Shown here piece by piece: positions 32,836 to 43,674 of a DNA stretch of 64,000 bases. The number at the start of each line of letters is the position of its first letter. Within the stretch, counting starts at the first letter, position 1. The notes beneath the pieces are model-generated. The model had not been told where the DNA came from and ran no database searches. It worked only from the letters and a program-made list of their open reading frames with translations. Made by a program: the position numbers and the translations under genes. The stretch lies in contig NW_005202427.1 of NCBI RefSeq assembly GCF_000372725.1, positions 1 to 64,000 on the forward strand. Reading direction: 5' to 3'. Source of the DNA: Emiliania huxleyi CCMP1516 (lineage: Eukaryota).

Positions 32836-33287
32836 TTGGCCTGCACAAGCTTTTCCGGCAAACAAAAAGGAAAACAGAGGTTCCCCAGCACTTTGGTCTT
32901 TGCGTTTCCGGAAATTTCCAGGGAAAACAGAGGGTGTTTGGTGCTCCATTCTGGAAACTCGCGAGTTTCCCTGAGTCTGAGAGCTGGCTGGTCTGGGGCA
33001 AAATCTGACGCAAAATTGAGGAAATCGGCACGATACCCAGGCGGTCGCAGGGTATTTTCCAGGTATACCTGGGGTTTTCCAGGTATACCCGCAAAATACC
33101 CGGTATTTTGCCGATTTGGCTGATTTTGGGCCCAAACCAGCCTCAGACTCGGCTCAGAGCCCGGAAAATTTGATGGGTTCCCCGGAGTTTTCCCGGGAAA
33201 ATAGAGAGGAAAAGAGAGGGTGCTGTAGAGAAAAAAGGAAAGGAAAAGAGACGGGGTGCGACGAGAGGAAAAGCTTGTTCAGCCTAA
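32836..33287. mobile_element. MITE family D, intact 452-bp copy with 8-bp TSD
   Basis: TSD AGGGTTGG at 32828-32835 and 33288-33295; imperfect TIR TT(G/A)G(C/G)CTG.ACAAGCTTTTCC; the empty site CCGAGGGTTGGTTCTGCG is present near 33398. Confidence 0.85.
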
Positions 33288-33545
33288 AGGGTTGGTTCTG
33301 CGCTTTGGGTGTCCCCTAGCGGCGGAACGCCCCCTCTACTCGGAGCTAGTAAACACCAGACACGAGCATAACGTACGCTCTCACCCGACACGGGTCTCCG
33401 AGGGTTGGTTCTGCGCTTTGGGTGTCCCCAACGCGGAACCTTCACACGCACTAAATTTCCCAGGCGCCCCCCCCGCTCTCTCCGGTACCCTTCGTTGGCG
33501 GGGCCTCTACTCGCCAGGGCGCCCGCGAGTGGAACGCCGGCCACC

Positions 33546-34008
33546 ATGTCCAACCTCGTCGGCCTCCTGGTCCCAGCGGGGCTACTGAGCCTCGCCATCT
33601 TCATGCACATCCTCGCGTGCGCGATGTACAATAACTGGTGGCCGCTGATGAGCCTCCTCCTCTATGCACTTATGCTGCTGCCGCTGGCGGCGCTCGCGCG
33701 GCAGAGCGAGTCACTCTTCGACTCGGCGCCGACGGGGTTCCACTGGGCGATCTTCCTACTCGCGTCGCTCGTCACGCTGGTGATCGGTGTGCCGATCGTC
33801 ATGTGGCACGTCGACGTCATCGAGTCGGGTTCTGTGAGTGCCGCGCCTCTCATCTCCCGACTCACAGCCACATCACCGCCTCCCAATGGCCCTGACATGC
33901 CCACGACCGCGACAGGTCTTCTTCAACCTCTCGGGCTTTGTGCTGCTGCTCGCCACCGGCGCTTCTGCCGCATTGTTCGGCGAGAAGCAAAGCGACGGTT
34001 GGGGCTGA
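33546..34008 (+). CDS. VPS55: Vacuolar protein sorting 55 / OB-RGRP family; intron 33834-33915
   Basis: ILACAMYNNWWPL..Y.L..LP, four hydrophobic segments; GT-AG splicing gives ..VIESGS|VFFNLSG..DGWG*. Confidence 0.88.
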
Positions 34009-34392
34009 GCCGCGCCCTGGGGAGTTTGCGCCCCCGTCACCCAGAGCGCCGGAGTGGGTGGTGCGCGCGACGGCCGGGCGGATGCTGTATGGACTGTATC
34101 TCGCGGCACCACAGCAGGCGCCGCGATATCGCCTCGACCGCGCGGTCTCTCGGGGCGCGCTCTCGGGGCGCGCCCAGGCGCAGGGTGTGTGGGCGGGCGC
34201 GCTTTTTTCGGTAATGAGAGTAGCGAGTGCGAGAGCTGTTCTAAGACGAGGCAGTGCGGTAGTTCGGGTGCCCGATACACAACCTGTGCGCCGCGCCGCG
34301 TCTCGGACTAACCGCGTCGCCGCGCCGCGCCGCGTCTCGGACTCGTAACCGCGTCGCCGCGCCGCCCGCCACGCAGCTCACTTCCCCCACAC

Positions 34393-35913
34393 TCACCCTC
34401 CTCCGCGGCGTCCACCACGGCCCCAGCCGTTGCTCCTGCCCCCCCTCCCAAACGTGCCCACCCCTGCGGCGCTCCGCTCGACGGCGGCGCCCCGCTCGGC
34501 TAGACGCTCCGCGCGGAAGACGTCAAACGCGCGGCCGAGGTCGGCCTGCTTTGGCGCGTCGGGGCAGAGGGCGATGAGCTCCGGCAGGTGCACCAGCGCG
34601 GCCTCGTTGCCAAAGACGTGGACGAAGGCGGCGATGTAGGCGGTGGCGTCGGAGGCGCCGCGCTGGAAAGCGAGCGACGCAACCTTGAAGAGACCCATGC
34701 CGCGCTCGCGCCCCTCGCCCGCCAGCGAGCCGGACAGCGCTGCCTGCAGGCTGCGGTTGCGGCGGACGAGCTCGTCCCTGTCGAGGCGCCTCGCCGGCGG
34801 CACGCCCGACCGCATCGCCGCGCCGAGCGTCGGGAAGGCCTCCGCCGAGTCGATCGACGGCGGCGGCTCCGCAGACGCGAAGGCGGTCTGCGCCATCGTC
34901 GGAGGCGGCGCCGGCGCGGCAGAGGCGACCGCGCGGGACCAGCCTCCCACGCCGGCGGCGGACGAGGAGGGCCGCGGTGCGGGGCCGCCGCCGAGGCTTG
35001 GGAACGCCTCGGCAGAGTCGACCGCCGGCGGCTCTCGCCCACCTTGCGCCCCCGCGAACGCCGCGAGGCTGGCGCCGCCGGCCGGCGCCGCCGCGGGCTG
35101 ACGGAGCGCGGCGCCGCCACGCCCGCCCCACCCTCCGGCGCTGAGCGGCGCGCCGCCGCCCCTGCCCGCGCCGCCGAGGCTTGGGAAGGCCTCCGCGTTG
35201 GCCAGGTCGACGCCCGAAGCCGCCGGACTGAGGCCGCCGCCCCCCCGCCCGAGCCAAGAGGCCTGGAGCGGAGTTGCCGCCGCCGCCGGCGGCACGGAGG
35301 CGTCGCCGAGGGAGGGGAAGTCGGCGGCAGAGGAGATCTGCGCGCCGCCGAGCGGCACGCTCTCCACAAACTCCTCCTCGTCCACGTAGTCGTGCCTGGC
35401 CGCCGCCTCCTCCCCTCCGCCGCCGCCTCCGCGGCCAAAGCCTCGGCCTCGGCCGCCGCGGCCGCCGCCGCGGAGGGCGCCGGAGTCGTGGCCAGAGGCG
35501 GCGTAGAAGGCGCGGAGCAGCTCCGTCGCCTCCGCCTGGATGTCGCGCACCTGGCTCGTTGCCGCATTCTGCCTCTTGTAGTCCTCCTTGTTTTCCCAGG
35601 CGTGCTCCACGCACGCCTTGCCGAGCCGGTGCTTGCGGAGGTGGGCGTCGAGCCGGACGCAGTCGTCGCGCGTGAGCTCGCGCCTCGAGATCGGATGCGC
35701 GAACGAGCCCGAGCTCACCAGGTACGAGGCCAGCAGCCTCGCGTCGAAGAAGTAGGAGTGAGAAGTCTCCTCGCTCGCGGCGAGCTCAAACGGCTCGACA
35801 CGCAGCCGGCGCAGCGGCTCCAGCGAGATGGGATCGCAGTCCGTGAGCCTGCGCCACCAGAAGGGCCTCGACCGGTCGAGGTTCACGTCGTCCGGAGCCA
35901 GGTTCTCCGCCAT
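34393..35913 (-). CDS. U-box-like domain + repeated FPSLGG motifs + ZNF598/Hel2-like C-terminal helical domain
   Basis: CDPISLEPL..FFDARLL..YL....HPISRRELT; four FP(S/T)LG motifs; RNRSL..FKVAS.AF.RG....AY..F..VFG....LPELIALCPD..KQ.DL. Confidence 0.65.
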   Translation of the reverse strand: MAENLAPDDVNLDRSRPFWWRRLTDCDPISLEPLRRLRVEPFELAASEETSHSYFFDARLLASYLVSSGSFAHPISRRELTRDDCVRLDAHLRKHRLGKACVEHAWENKEDYKRQNAATSQVRDIQAEATELLRAFYAASGHDSGALRGGGRGGRGRGFGRGGGGGGEEAAARHDYVDEEEFVESVPLGGAQISSAADFPSLGDASVPPAAAATPLQASWLGRGGGGLSPAASGVDLANAEAFPSLGGAGRGGGAPLSAGGWGGRGGAALRQPAAAPAGGASLAAFAGAQGGREPPAVDSAEAFPSLGGGPAPRPSSSAAGVGGWSRAVASAAPAPPPTMAQTAFASAEPPPSIDSAEAFPTLGAAMRSGVPPARRLDRDELVRRNRSLQAALSGSLAGEGRERGMGLFKVASLAFQRGASDATAYIAAFVHVFGNEAALVHLPELIALCPDAPKQADLGRAFDVFRAERLAERGAAVERSAAGVGTFGRGGRSNGWGRGGRRGGG

Positions 35914-35972
35914 GTTTTTGCGAGGGGACCGGGGGTAGATGTCGTGGCAGTGACGCGTACACTTAACACAGC

Positions 35973-36918
35973 CGAGGGTGCCTAACCATGAATACAAGGC
36001 GCTTTGAAGATTTGTTTTATCGTTTTTCACTGCGCCCTTCGCTGTTCATTTGCGAGAGATTCTTCCTCCGTTCAGATGTAATTCGCCCGCTTTTCAAACA
36101 CATTTTGTGGCGCTTTCAACAGATTTTTTATCGCACATTTAGTGCTCTTCATGGCAGTTTAAGGCAAGCGTGCCTTATCCTGGCTGGGTCCGGCGTGGTC
36201 GGGAGCCCTCGACTCCTCGGCGAGCTCTTTCCTGCCTCAATGACATTGCAACAATGAGCGCGTCTTACTTAGCCCTTAGCTGTCGAGAGCACGTCTTGCC
36301 ACTACGACAACAAAACTCCCTCGCGCGCACCGCGGGTGAATTCTTCTTCCGCGTTTCGTGGCATAGGCACGCGGGGCGAGGACGCATGGCTGAGCCCTTG
36401 CTCATCGCGTGCAAGCAGGGTTCCACCGTCTCATCGCGTGCAAGCAGGGCCTGGCAAGCTGTGCTGTTGCACTCTTCGCAGCACTCGGAGCTGCTCGGCA
36501 TTGATTCCCTCATCATGAAATGTGGGATCTGTGGAAGCCAGATCATGGTCCTTATCCTAGCCCGCGACACTACTCACTGGGCGGTGCGGGTGCTTAGCAG
36601 CAGCAGTGTTCCTGCCCACCTGCCCATAATCCATAAATTGGCTTGAAGGGGCTTGAATTTAGCGTCGGTGCGGTAACTTCAAGGCAAACCGTGTTGACGA
36701 AGAGCGGAAAACATGTTTGTGAAACGCGTTTCAACGTTGCTTGAATGGCGGCTGAAAGGCGGGGGAAGAGCGGGTGAAAGGAGGGGAAATGACGGCTGAA
36801 TCGCTCACGAAGCAACGTAAGAAGACATTCGAATAAGCTGTAAGATCGGCGCTAAACAGGCAATAAACGCGTTTTAAATTTATTTCTAGGGCGGTGAATT
36901 CACGCCTAGGCATCCCTG
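35973..36918. mobile_element. Putative non-autonomous TIR element
   Basis: Imperfect TIR (..GGGTGCCTAACCATGAAT / ATTCACGCCTAGGCATCCC..), CACAGC on both flanks, AT-rich TTCA/TGAA subterminal motifs. Confidence 0.5.
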
Positions 36919-36929
36919 CACAGCGAAGA

Positions 36930-37225
36930 TTGACAGAGTCCGAACGAGGCCGTGGAGAGCGATGAGTCAGGGGAAGAGACAGCAGGAGAGAGAACGACGA
37001 GAGCGGGAAGAACGCGAGGTGGCATGAAGGTCGCTGCGAGAATTGGTGAGAAACTGCGAAGGGAGATAGAAAGAGGTAGACGCCCGCTGCAGGCCCGAGG
37101 GTGGGCGACGGCTAGCACCACACTTCTCCCCTAAAATCCCTGTGTGGTAGCGGCGTGCCGTCCTCTCATCCCTCCCTTGGCGCTTGGCCTTGGGGTGTCG
37201 GGTGTCGCTGTTTTCTTTCTTTCTT
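36930..37225 (+). mobile_element. LINE family A, diverged copy
   Basis: Matches 3120-3350. Confidence 0.65.
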
Positions 37226-37482
37226 TGAGACTCGAGATAGAGCTGAGACGTGTAGAGAGGGTGGTGGGTGGGAGTAGGGAGCAGAGTCCAGAGAGATGAA
37301 AAGAAAAAACTATGTCATGAACAAAGCGTGCTGGGAGCGAGTCACGCGCCGCGAGCCCGAGCGCTTTTCGAGAGGGTGCACGACGACGAGAGCGGACAGA
37401 GGTCAGAGCGGCCCGCCGCCAACATCCACCGGCCCTGAGTGCCGTGCTAACGCTATAAGAGTAGTAGACGAGCGGTCGGCGA

Positions 37483-38190
37483 TCACGAGGTGGCGCCGAA
37501 GATGCTCTTCTGGGACTGCGGAACGCCAATCTTCTCCATCGGCTTCATGTACCGCGAGTGGTAGACGCTCGCACCCGCCTCCCAGCCAGGGACGCTCGCC
37601 ATGAGCTCCGCCTCCTTCTGGGTGAGCGTGCTCTTGATGTGCTGTTGCCTGCCGCGCGGGTGGAGTGGACGCTCAGCGGGAGGGGAGACGCGCGCCGCAC
37701 ATGCGGCGTCTAAACAGCGCGGGGGGCGTCTGCGCACTGCAAGTCGGACTCCGCCGTCAGAAAGGGCAGGATCGCTAGCCGTATGTCCTTCTCCTCGCGA
37801 AACCATGACCTGGTGGCGCACAGGTCGGCGCTCGGCGCGCGGCAGCGGGGCATTTCCGTTGCGCGAGTGGGCCCGCGCGAACCGGCGCAGCCGGTTGGCG
37901 GATATGACCTTGTACATGCCGAATGTGAAGAGGGCGGCGGAGCCGAGTGCGATCACCAGCGACGACGGCCCTCCCTTGGGCAGGTTCCGCGAGTAACGTA
38001 CCGGCTTGAAGCCGCCCGGCGGTGGCACATCCTGTGGCGTGGCGACTCGCTGTCATCATGTTCGGGGATCGAGGTTTTGAGGGAGGGCGGTCCTGGGGGT
38101 GGGCGGGTGGGCGGCGGGCGGAAGAGTGGGGGCCTGCACGGGCGCCCCCGGCGTCAAGCCGCCCGAGCCAACGTGCGGCTCGCTGGGCAT
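37483..38190 (-). CDS. NDUFA13: Complex I subunit B16.6/GRIM-19, multi-exon
   Basis: QDVPPPGGFKPVRYSRNLP..GPS, EEKDIRLAILPFLTAESD, EAELMASVPGWEAGASVYH. The first exon (ATG at 38190) is inferred through a GC-AG intron. Confidence 0.88.
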
Positions 38191-38261
38191 GGCAGCGCTC
38201 TTTGCAGAGTCCGCAAGAAGAAAAACCGAACAGACCCCGGCCGCCTTCCACCCTTCTCATA

Positions 38262-38906
38262 TAGGGTGGATAAAGCGCCTGTTTCACGGCATGGAGGGTG
38301 AGCCACACCGAACGTTCCGAACGTAGAGCCGAGCGGAGGGAAACGGGGGAAGACGACTCCGAGGAGGACGAACCAGTGGAAATACCGTTGTCAGCCGTCA
38401 CGATGCACCCGAAGGGGACCCCAGCGCCGGCTTCATCCGTGAAGGCACAAGTGTTCGAAGAGAGAGTGGACCTGAGCAATGATATGACTGGGTGGCAAAT
38501 GATCGCAGTGGGCGTCAGAAGACTCGTCCTTGCGCGCGAGGAGAGCTCGATAGACTCGAGGGGCCAGGATATGCAGCGAGGAGGGCGGAGCTGCGCCGAA
38601 AGGCGAAAGAAGCCGCGAGAACAAGGGACCGGCAGACGGCGGCGGCGTCGCAGAACGAGACAGAGGAGAGCGACGCGACAGAGGAAGAAGCGACAAGGGA
38701 GAGCACGACGAGAAGGGGGCGACCGCGAGGTGGCACGAAGGTCGCAGCGAGAATCGGAGAGAGACTGCGAAGAGAGATAGGAAGAGGCGGACGCCCAAGG
38801 GTGGGCGACGGCTAGTGCACCTCACCCCTCTCCTTAAAATCCCTGTGTGGTGGCGGCGTGCCGTCCTCCCATCCCTCCCTTGGGTTCTGTGTTTTCTTCC
38901 TTTTTT
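38262..38906 (+). mobile_element. LINE family A, 5'-truncated copy
   Basis: Colinear with 18068-18725 (minus) and 2975-3350. Confidence 0.75.
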
Positions 38907-39019
38907 CCACCCCTGTCAGTGTCCCTGTGGCAGCGAGAGACGGCCAGTGAGAAGCTGGAGGCAGGTCGCTAGACTGAGATGAGACTACCGCCAGTGGAGT
39001 TGGGAGTCCACCGTGTGCA

Positions 39020-39876
39020 CCCTCCCACTCACAGTTTTGTTATTGGTTATGGCTTATGGCTCTCTGGGCATAGCAGCCCATAACATGTTATGGGTGTTAT
39101 GGCTGTTATGGGGCCGGGCTGCTATGTCCTATGAGAGAGCCGTCCCGGGTCCACGGTGTTATGGCCCGAGAGGCCACACCGAACTGCCGTCGGAGGAATT
39201 TTCGCTTCGGCCTTCGCGCGCGCGAGGTTCGGCATCGATCGCCAACTATTTTCTCTTTTGCCCTCAAGTTAAATTCAATAACATCAACCTGCCTCTCCTG
39301 AGGCCTGAGCGATGGCTTCAGATTGCTCACAATCAAGACCCCTGAAGACACTGCCCCCCCCCCCCCCCCTCCCAGTTGCACGCAATTTGCTTTTCGCGTT
39401 TTTAAGCACTAATCTTCTGCGAGCAAGCCTTGCTCGCACAAGATTAGTAGTTAAACTTGCGTGACGTTGGAGGGGGTAGTAGCTACGGCCTACGCGGCGC
39501 GGGGCGGGGCGCGGGCGCTCCAAAAGAAGAATTTTACCGAGGCGAAGAAACACCGGGTCCGCGCGGCGGGGCTCCAGAAGAAAAGACTCCGTGGGACACC
39601 CATAACAGCTGTTATGAGGTTGTTATGCTGGCTGTCATAACAACCAGTGGGAGCTGGGAGGTGTTATGAGTGCTATGAGGTGTTATATGAGGTGTTATGA
39701 GGTGTTATGAGGTGTTATGGTAGGGTGGGCATAACAGCCACAACAGCGATGGAGGTGTTATGAGGTGTTATGAGGTGTTATGAGGTGTTATGAGGTGTTA
39801 TGAGGTGTTATGAGCAACCAGTCATAACAGCCATAACACCTGTTATGGCCGCTCCCATAACCTTGACTGGGGTCAA
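39020..39876. mobile_element. TIR-type element with GTTATG/CATAAC subterminal arrays and a (GAGGTGTTAT)n minisatellite
   Basis: Motif arrays at both ends; degenerate TIR; flanks ACCG(TG)TGCA / ACCGTGCA. Confidence 0.6.
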
Positions 39877-39930
39877 ACCGTGCACCGCGCTGCGAGCCTG
39901 TCGTGTCCCTTGTCAGGAGCAGGTGAGGAG

Positions 39931-40723
39931 CGTCGGGCCGAAGCCCCGCCCAGACTCCCTTCACACACTCTCTCTCCTAGAGTCCCGTGGCGTCGTCCTA
40001 GAGTCCGGAGGTTCCGTCCGTCCCGTCTCGTGACCGTCTCCGTACCACCAAGACTCGACCTACAATGAATTCCCTACAATCCCAGAGTCGGCCGCCGGGG
40101 CGGGCGTTTGCCCGCCCAGGACGCTCCGGCCGAACGTGGTAGCGGCGGTCGAACGTGGTAACCAAGTGGATGCACCAGCTCGCCAGGGCGTATGTAATAC
40201 CGGTGATCCACACGACTGCTACGCAATTGGTTCGACCTGCCCTTCCGGCATGGCAGCGGCGGGCGACTGTCGACCACAATGTCGACCCTCCTTCTACTGT
40301 CGACCACAATGTCGACCAATCCGACGAGGGATTTCTCTCTCTCGCGCGCCTTCGGCTCGCTCGCCGACACACGCCACTGCGCTATCGGTTCGCACACCCC
40401 GTCGACCACGATGTCGACGACTCCGCCGATGGACTCCGACCTGACTCACATCAAAGGTCCGAAGAGATTGACAAAGCGAGAGTTACGGTTACTCGACTAG
40501 AGCCGTACGTCGACTCGTCGAGGGGAGGGACGTCGGGCCGAAGCCCCGCCCAGACTCCCTTCACACACTCTCTCTCCTAGAGTCCCGTGGCGTCGTCCTA
40601 GAGTCCGGAGGTTCCGTCCGTCCCGTCTCGTGACCGTCTCCGTACCACCCCAAGACTCGACCTACAATCCCAGAGTCGGCCGCCGGGGCGGGCGTTGCCC
40701 GCCCAGGACGCTCCGGCCGAACG
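39931..40723 (+). mobile_element. TRIM-like miniature LTR retroelement with CG...CG LTR termini
   Basis: LTRs 39931-40136 and 40531-40723; TSD AGGAG at 39926-39930 and 40724-40728; PBS TGGTAGCGGCG at 40137; PPT GAGGGGAGGGA at 40520-40530. Confidence 0.9.
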
Positions 40724-41153
40724 AGGAGAGCCCCACCTGTGCGCCTGATCGTCCTTCCAAAATCCTGCTCGTGCAGGTGGGGACCCTGTCCTCCTCCCCC
40801 AGGCTTGTCCGTTTTCTTTCTTTCTTTAGAAAGAAAACGATGCTCAAGAATTTTGCCAGACCCGGCCGCCGGCGCGAAATTCGCGATGTTCTCTCTTTTG
40901 GGGCACATGAGAAATGGAATGAAGGAGCGCGCGGTGTACCTGTGTTAGCAATACCAAACAAATCTAACACTCACACATCATTTGGGGCCTGGAGTTTGTG
41001 TTTTTGTGCGCGGTGTCAGCGTGTCAGCTCACCCGCTACTCAGCTTCACGGACAGGCGCTCTCTACCTTCCCCTGCTCTCTCCCTCTCTGGTCCTCATTG
41101 AGCTTTGTAGAATGGCCTCGCGCGCGCTGCAATCTATCGCCCGGAGCTCGCCA

Positions 41154-42395
41154 CTAAGACCCCACCATCTGCAGCACAAGCTTGGTCGCGCTCTGCAGCT
41201 TCGCGTCAAAGCTGCCCGTGTTGCCAATCACCTGGGGATGGGATAGGGGAGGGCAAGAAGCGCTCAGCGCAGTTCGGGGGGTGCCATCTGGGACAGGACC
41301 GCGATGGCTATTGCACCCCTCCCCCCCCCCCCCCCCAGAAAGCTAAGGCTACTGCAACGCCAATCACCTCGAGCTTGGGGTGCGCCTTGTAGCAGCTCCG
41401 GATCTTGAGGTCGAGCTCCCGCGCCTGCTCGGCCGTCTCGGTGCGCGCCGCGTTATTCTCGGTGGTGTAAAACTTCTCGGCGCCGTCCGCCGCAGTGACG
41501 AGGTGCAGCACAAGGTCGTAGCGCGTCTACGGGACGTCCTTGGGACGTGTCTCAGACACGGCCCAGCGTGTGAGGTGCTGAAAGATCGCGCGACGCGCCG
41601 CGATGGAGGCCTCCGTCATGCCATTCTCCTTCAGGATGACGTCCGTCCACACCTGCCGCCGCCGGGGCCGGAGGTGCTGCCCCACAGGCGGGGCGGGTCG
41701 ATGGGAGTGGGGGCTTTGGCGGCCGCACCTTTGGAGGCAGGTAGGCCCCCACGTCGAGCAGACCACGGTCGAGAATCACGACGGTGGGGCGGCCGGTGGA
41801 GCGCGCGATCTGGGTGAAGCTGTTCTCGAGCTGGAGCTGCGCTTGGATCAGCCCCGTCTCAAACTCCACCAGCGCCTTGCCACCATCCAACCCCGGATAC
41901 ATGCACCCGCCGTTCATCAGGATGGTTGGCACCTGCGATTGGGGTCACCCGGATGGGCAGCCGACGCATCGGCTCGACGGCGCCGCGAGCCGATGTGACC
42001 TCTGGCACGCAAAGCACGTCGAACCCATTCGCAGTGAGTGCCTTGGTCAGGTGCTCCAGCGAGGAGCTCTTGCCGCCGCACGGCCCACCGGTCAGCACCA
42101 CCTAGCCACGCACGCACGCACGCATGCACACGCACGCTTGTTGTGTGTGAGCGCGATTGGGATCCGCAGGGACTTGATTCCGGACTGTGCAGGTGGTAAG
42201 GTGTCCGGACACCTTGTACACCCGTGACCCTTTCTTGTTTGGCATAGTCGCGCGCTTGGACGCTCGTGTCTCGACGCTGTCCAGATGGTGGTAGGGGCTG
42301 TCGTCAGACGAGCCGCCAGCGAGAACCTGGTGCAGAAGGAGTGTGGCGGCACCGCCTGCCGCGGCAGCCGCCACGAGCTTCACCGCGTCGCTCAT
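41154..42395 (-). CDS. NadR/Ttd14-like P-loop (AAA_28) protein, multi-exon
   Basis: VVLTGGPCGGKSS, VPEVPTIL..GG, ILDRGLLD..AY, RYDLVLHLVTAADGAE.FY...NN.AR.ET. Confidence 0.85.
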
Positions 42396-42775
42396 GTCTG
42401 CCCGACGTCCGAGGAGGAGGACGGACGTCGGACAAAAGATATGTTTTCTCGTGATACCGATCGTCTGGCCCGCTGGGTGCGCTTCTTAGCTCCCCGGCCC
42501 TGGATGTGAGGCTACCGACTGCACTCCAAGTGCTCCAAGTGCAACCATCGTGGTTAGGGTGGTTGGGAGCCAGAGAGCAGAGTCAAAGAAAGAGGAAGGA
42601 CCGGCGGGAGCTCTCCACTCAACACTGCGCGTTAAGTCTTAAGAGTGTGGACCACCTGTTCGATATCGAGCGTCAAAGAACAAACGTGCCGGCGCCCGGC
42701 GGGCATTTGCCATGGTAGGCTGCAACAAAAAACGAAAAGGCGCATCGCGGTTACCGGTTTCTACCACGACGCGAT

Positions 42776-43674
42776 CTGAGGGAGGGTGTAGAGGATGTAG
42801 AGTGTAGAGCGCTGTAGAGCTGTAGAGGTGTAGAGCGCTGGAGAGCGCTGTAGAGCGCTGTAGAGCTGTAGAGCTCTACATCCGCCGCGGGACGAAGCGC
42901 CTCCGTTGTAGAGCGATGTAGAGGCGCTCTACAACGTGAAATCTCTACAACAAACTCTACATCATATTGCAATAAGCGGCGAACGAGGCACGGTCGCTCT
43001 CCGACATGAGGCGCGTTGCACTTGCCAGTGCTGCCCTGGCCTTCTGTCTGCCCGCCCAATGGGTGGCAGGTGCCTCTGCTGCTGTGGCATGCCTCACGGC
43101 TGCGACTGGCCGGCGCCTCGACGCGTCAGCTCGGCTCGGCGTAGCGATCGTGGCCAGCGCAACTCGCTTGGACTCAACGCTCAGCCAGGAGCTCCCGCAC
43201 GCGCTGGCGCGAGGCATGGCGCATGCAACGCGTCTGAATGCTCGCCTCGCCTCGCGCAAATGCGACCGTCCTCGCAGCCGACAGTCCACCGCCTGCTAAA
43301 GAAGCACAGCGACGAATGCGGCACCGGCGACACATGGCAGGCTGGTCATGACGCAGTTATAGGGTGTTGTGTGCCGTCGGAGTGACTCTCTGTGTGTCAG
43401 GGATAGTCAGGGCTGTCCATCAGAGCTCCAGTAAGCTCGGAGACCCCCCATTAGCGCGGCTTGACCTCTTTGAGTCACTGCCTTCCCGGCGGTTTGGCTG
43501 TAGAGCCTCTACAACAAACTCTACAGCAAAATCGCGCTCTACATCGCTCTACAACGGAGGCGCTTCGTCCCGCGGCGGATGTAGAGCTCTACAGCTCTAC
43601 AGCGCTCCAGAGCGCTCTACATCTCTACAGCTCTACAGCGCTCTACACTCTACATCCTCTACACCCTCCCTCAG
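42776..43674. mobile_element. hAT-like non-autonomous element with ~150-bp TIRs built from TGTAGAG units
   Basis: CTGAGGGAGGGTGTAGAGG.. / ..CCTCTACACCCTCCCTCAG; 8-bp TSD GACGCGAT at 42768-42775 and 43675-43682. Confidence 0.9.

Noticed and set aside
38053..38055. In-frame TGA upstream of the NDUFA13 QDVPP motif as selenocysteine or readthrough
   Set aside because: It lies just before a plausible splice acceptor (..TGACAG), so it is most likely intronic.
39660..39815. (GAGGTGTTAT)n as CRISPR or iteron array
   Set aside because: Contiguous 10-mer minisatellite inside a TIR-type element.
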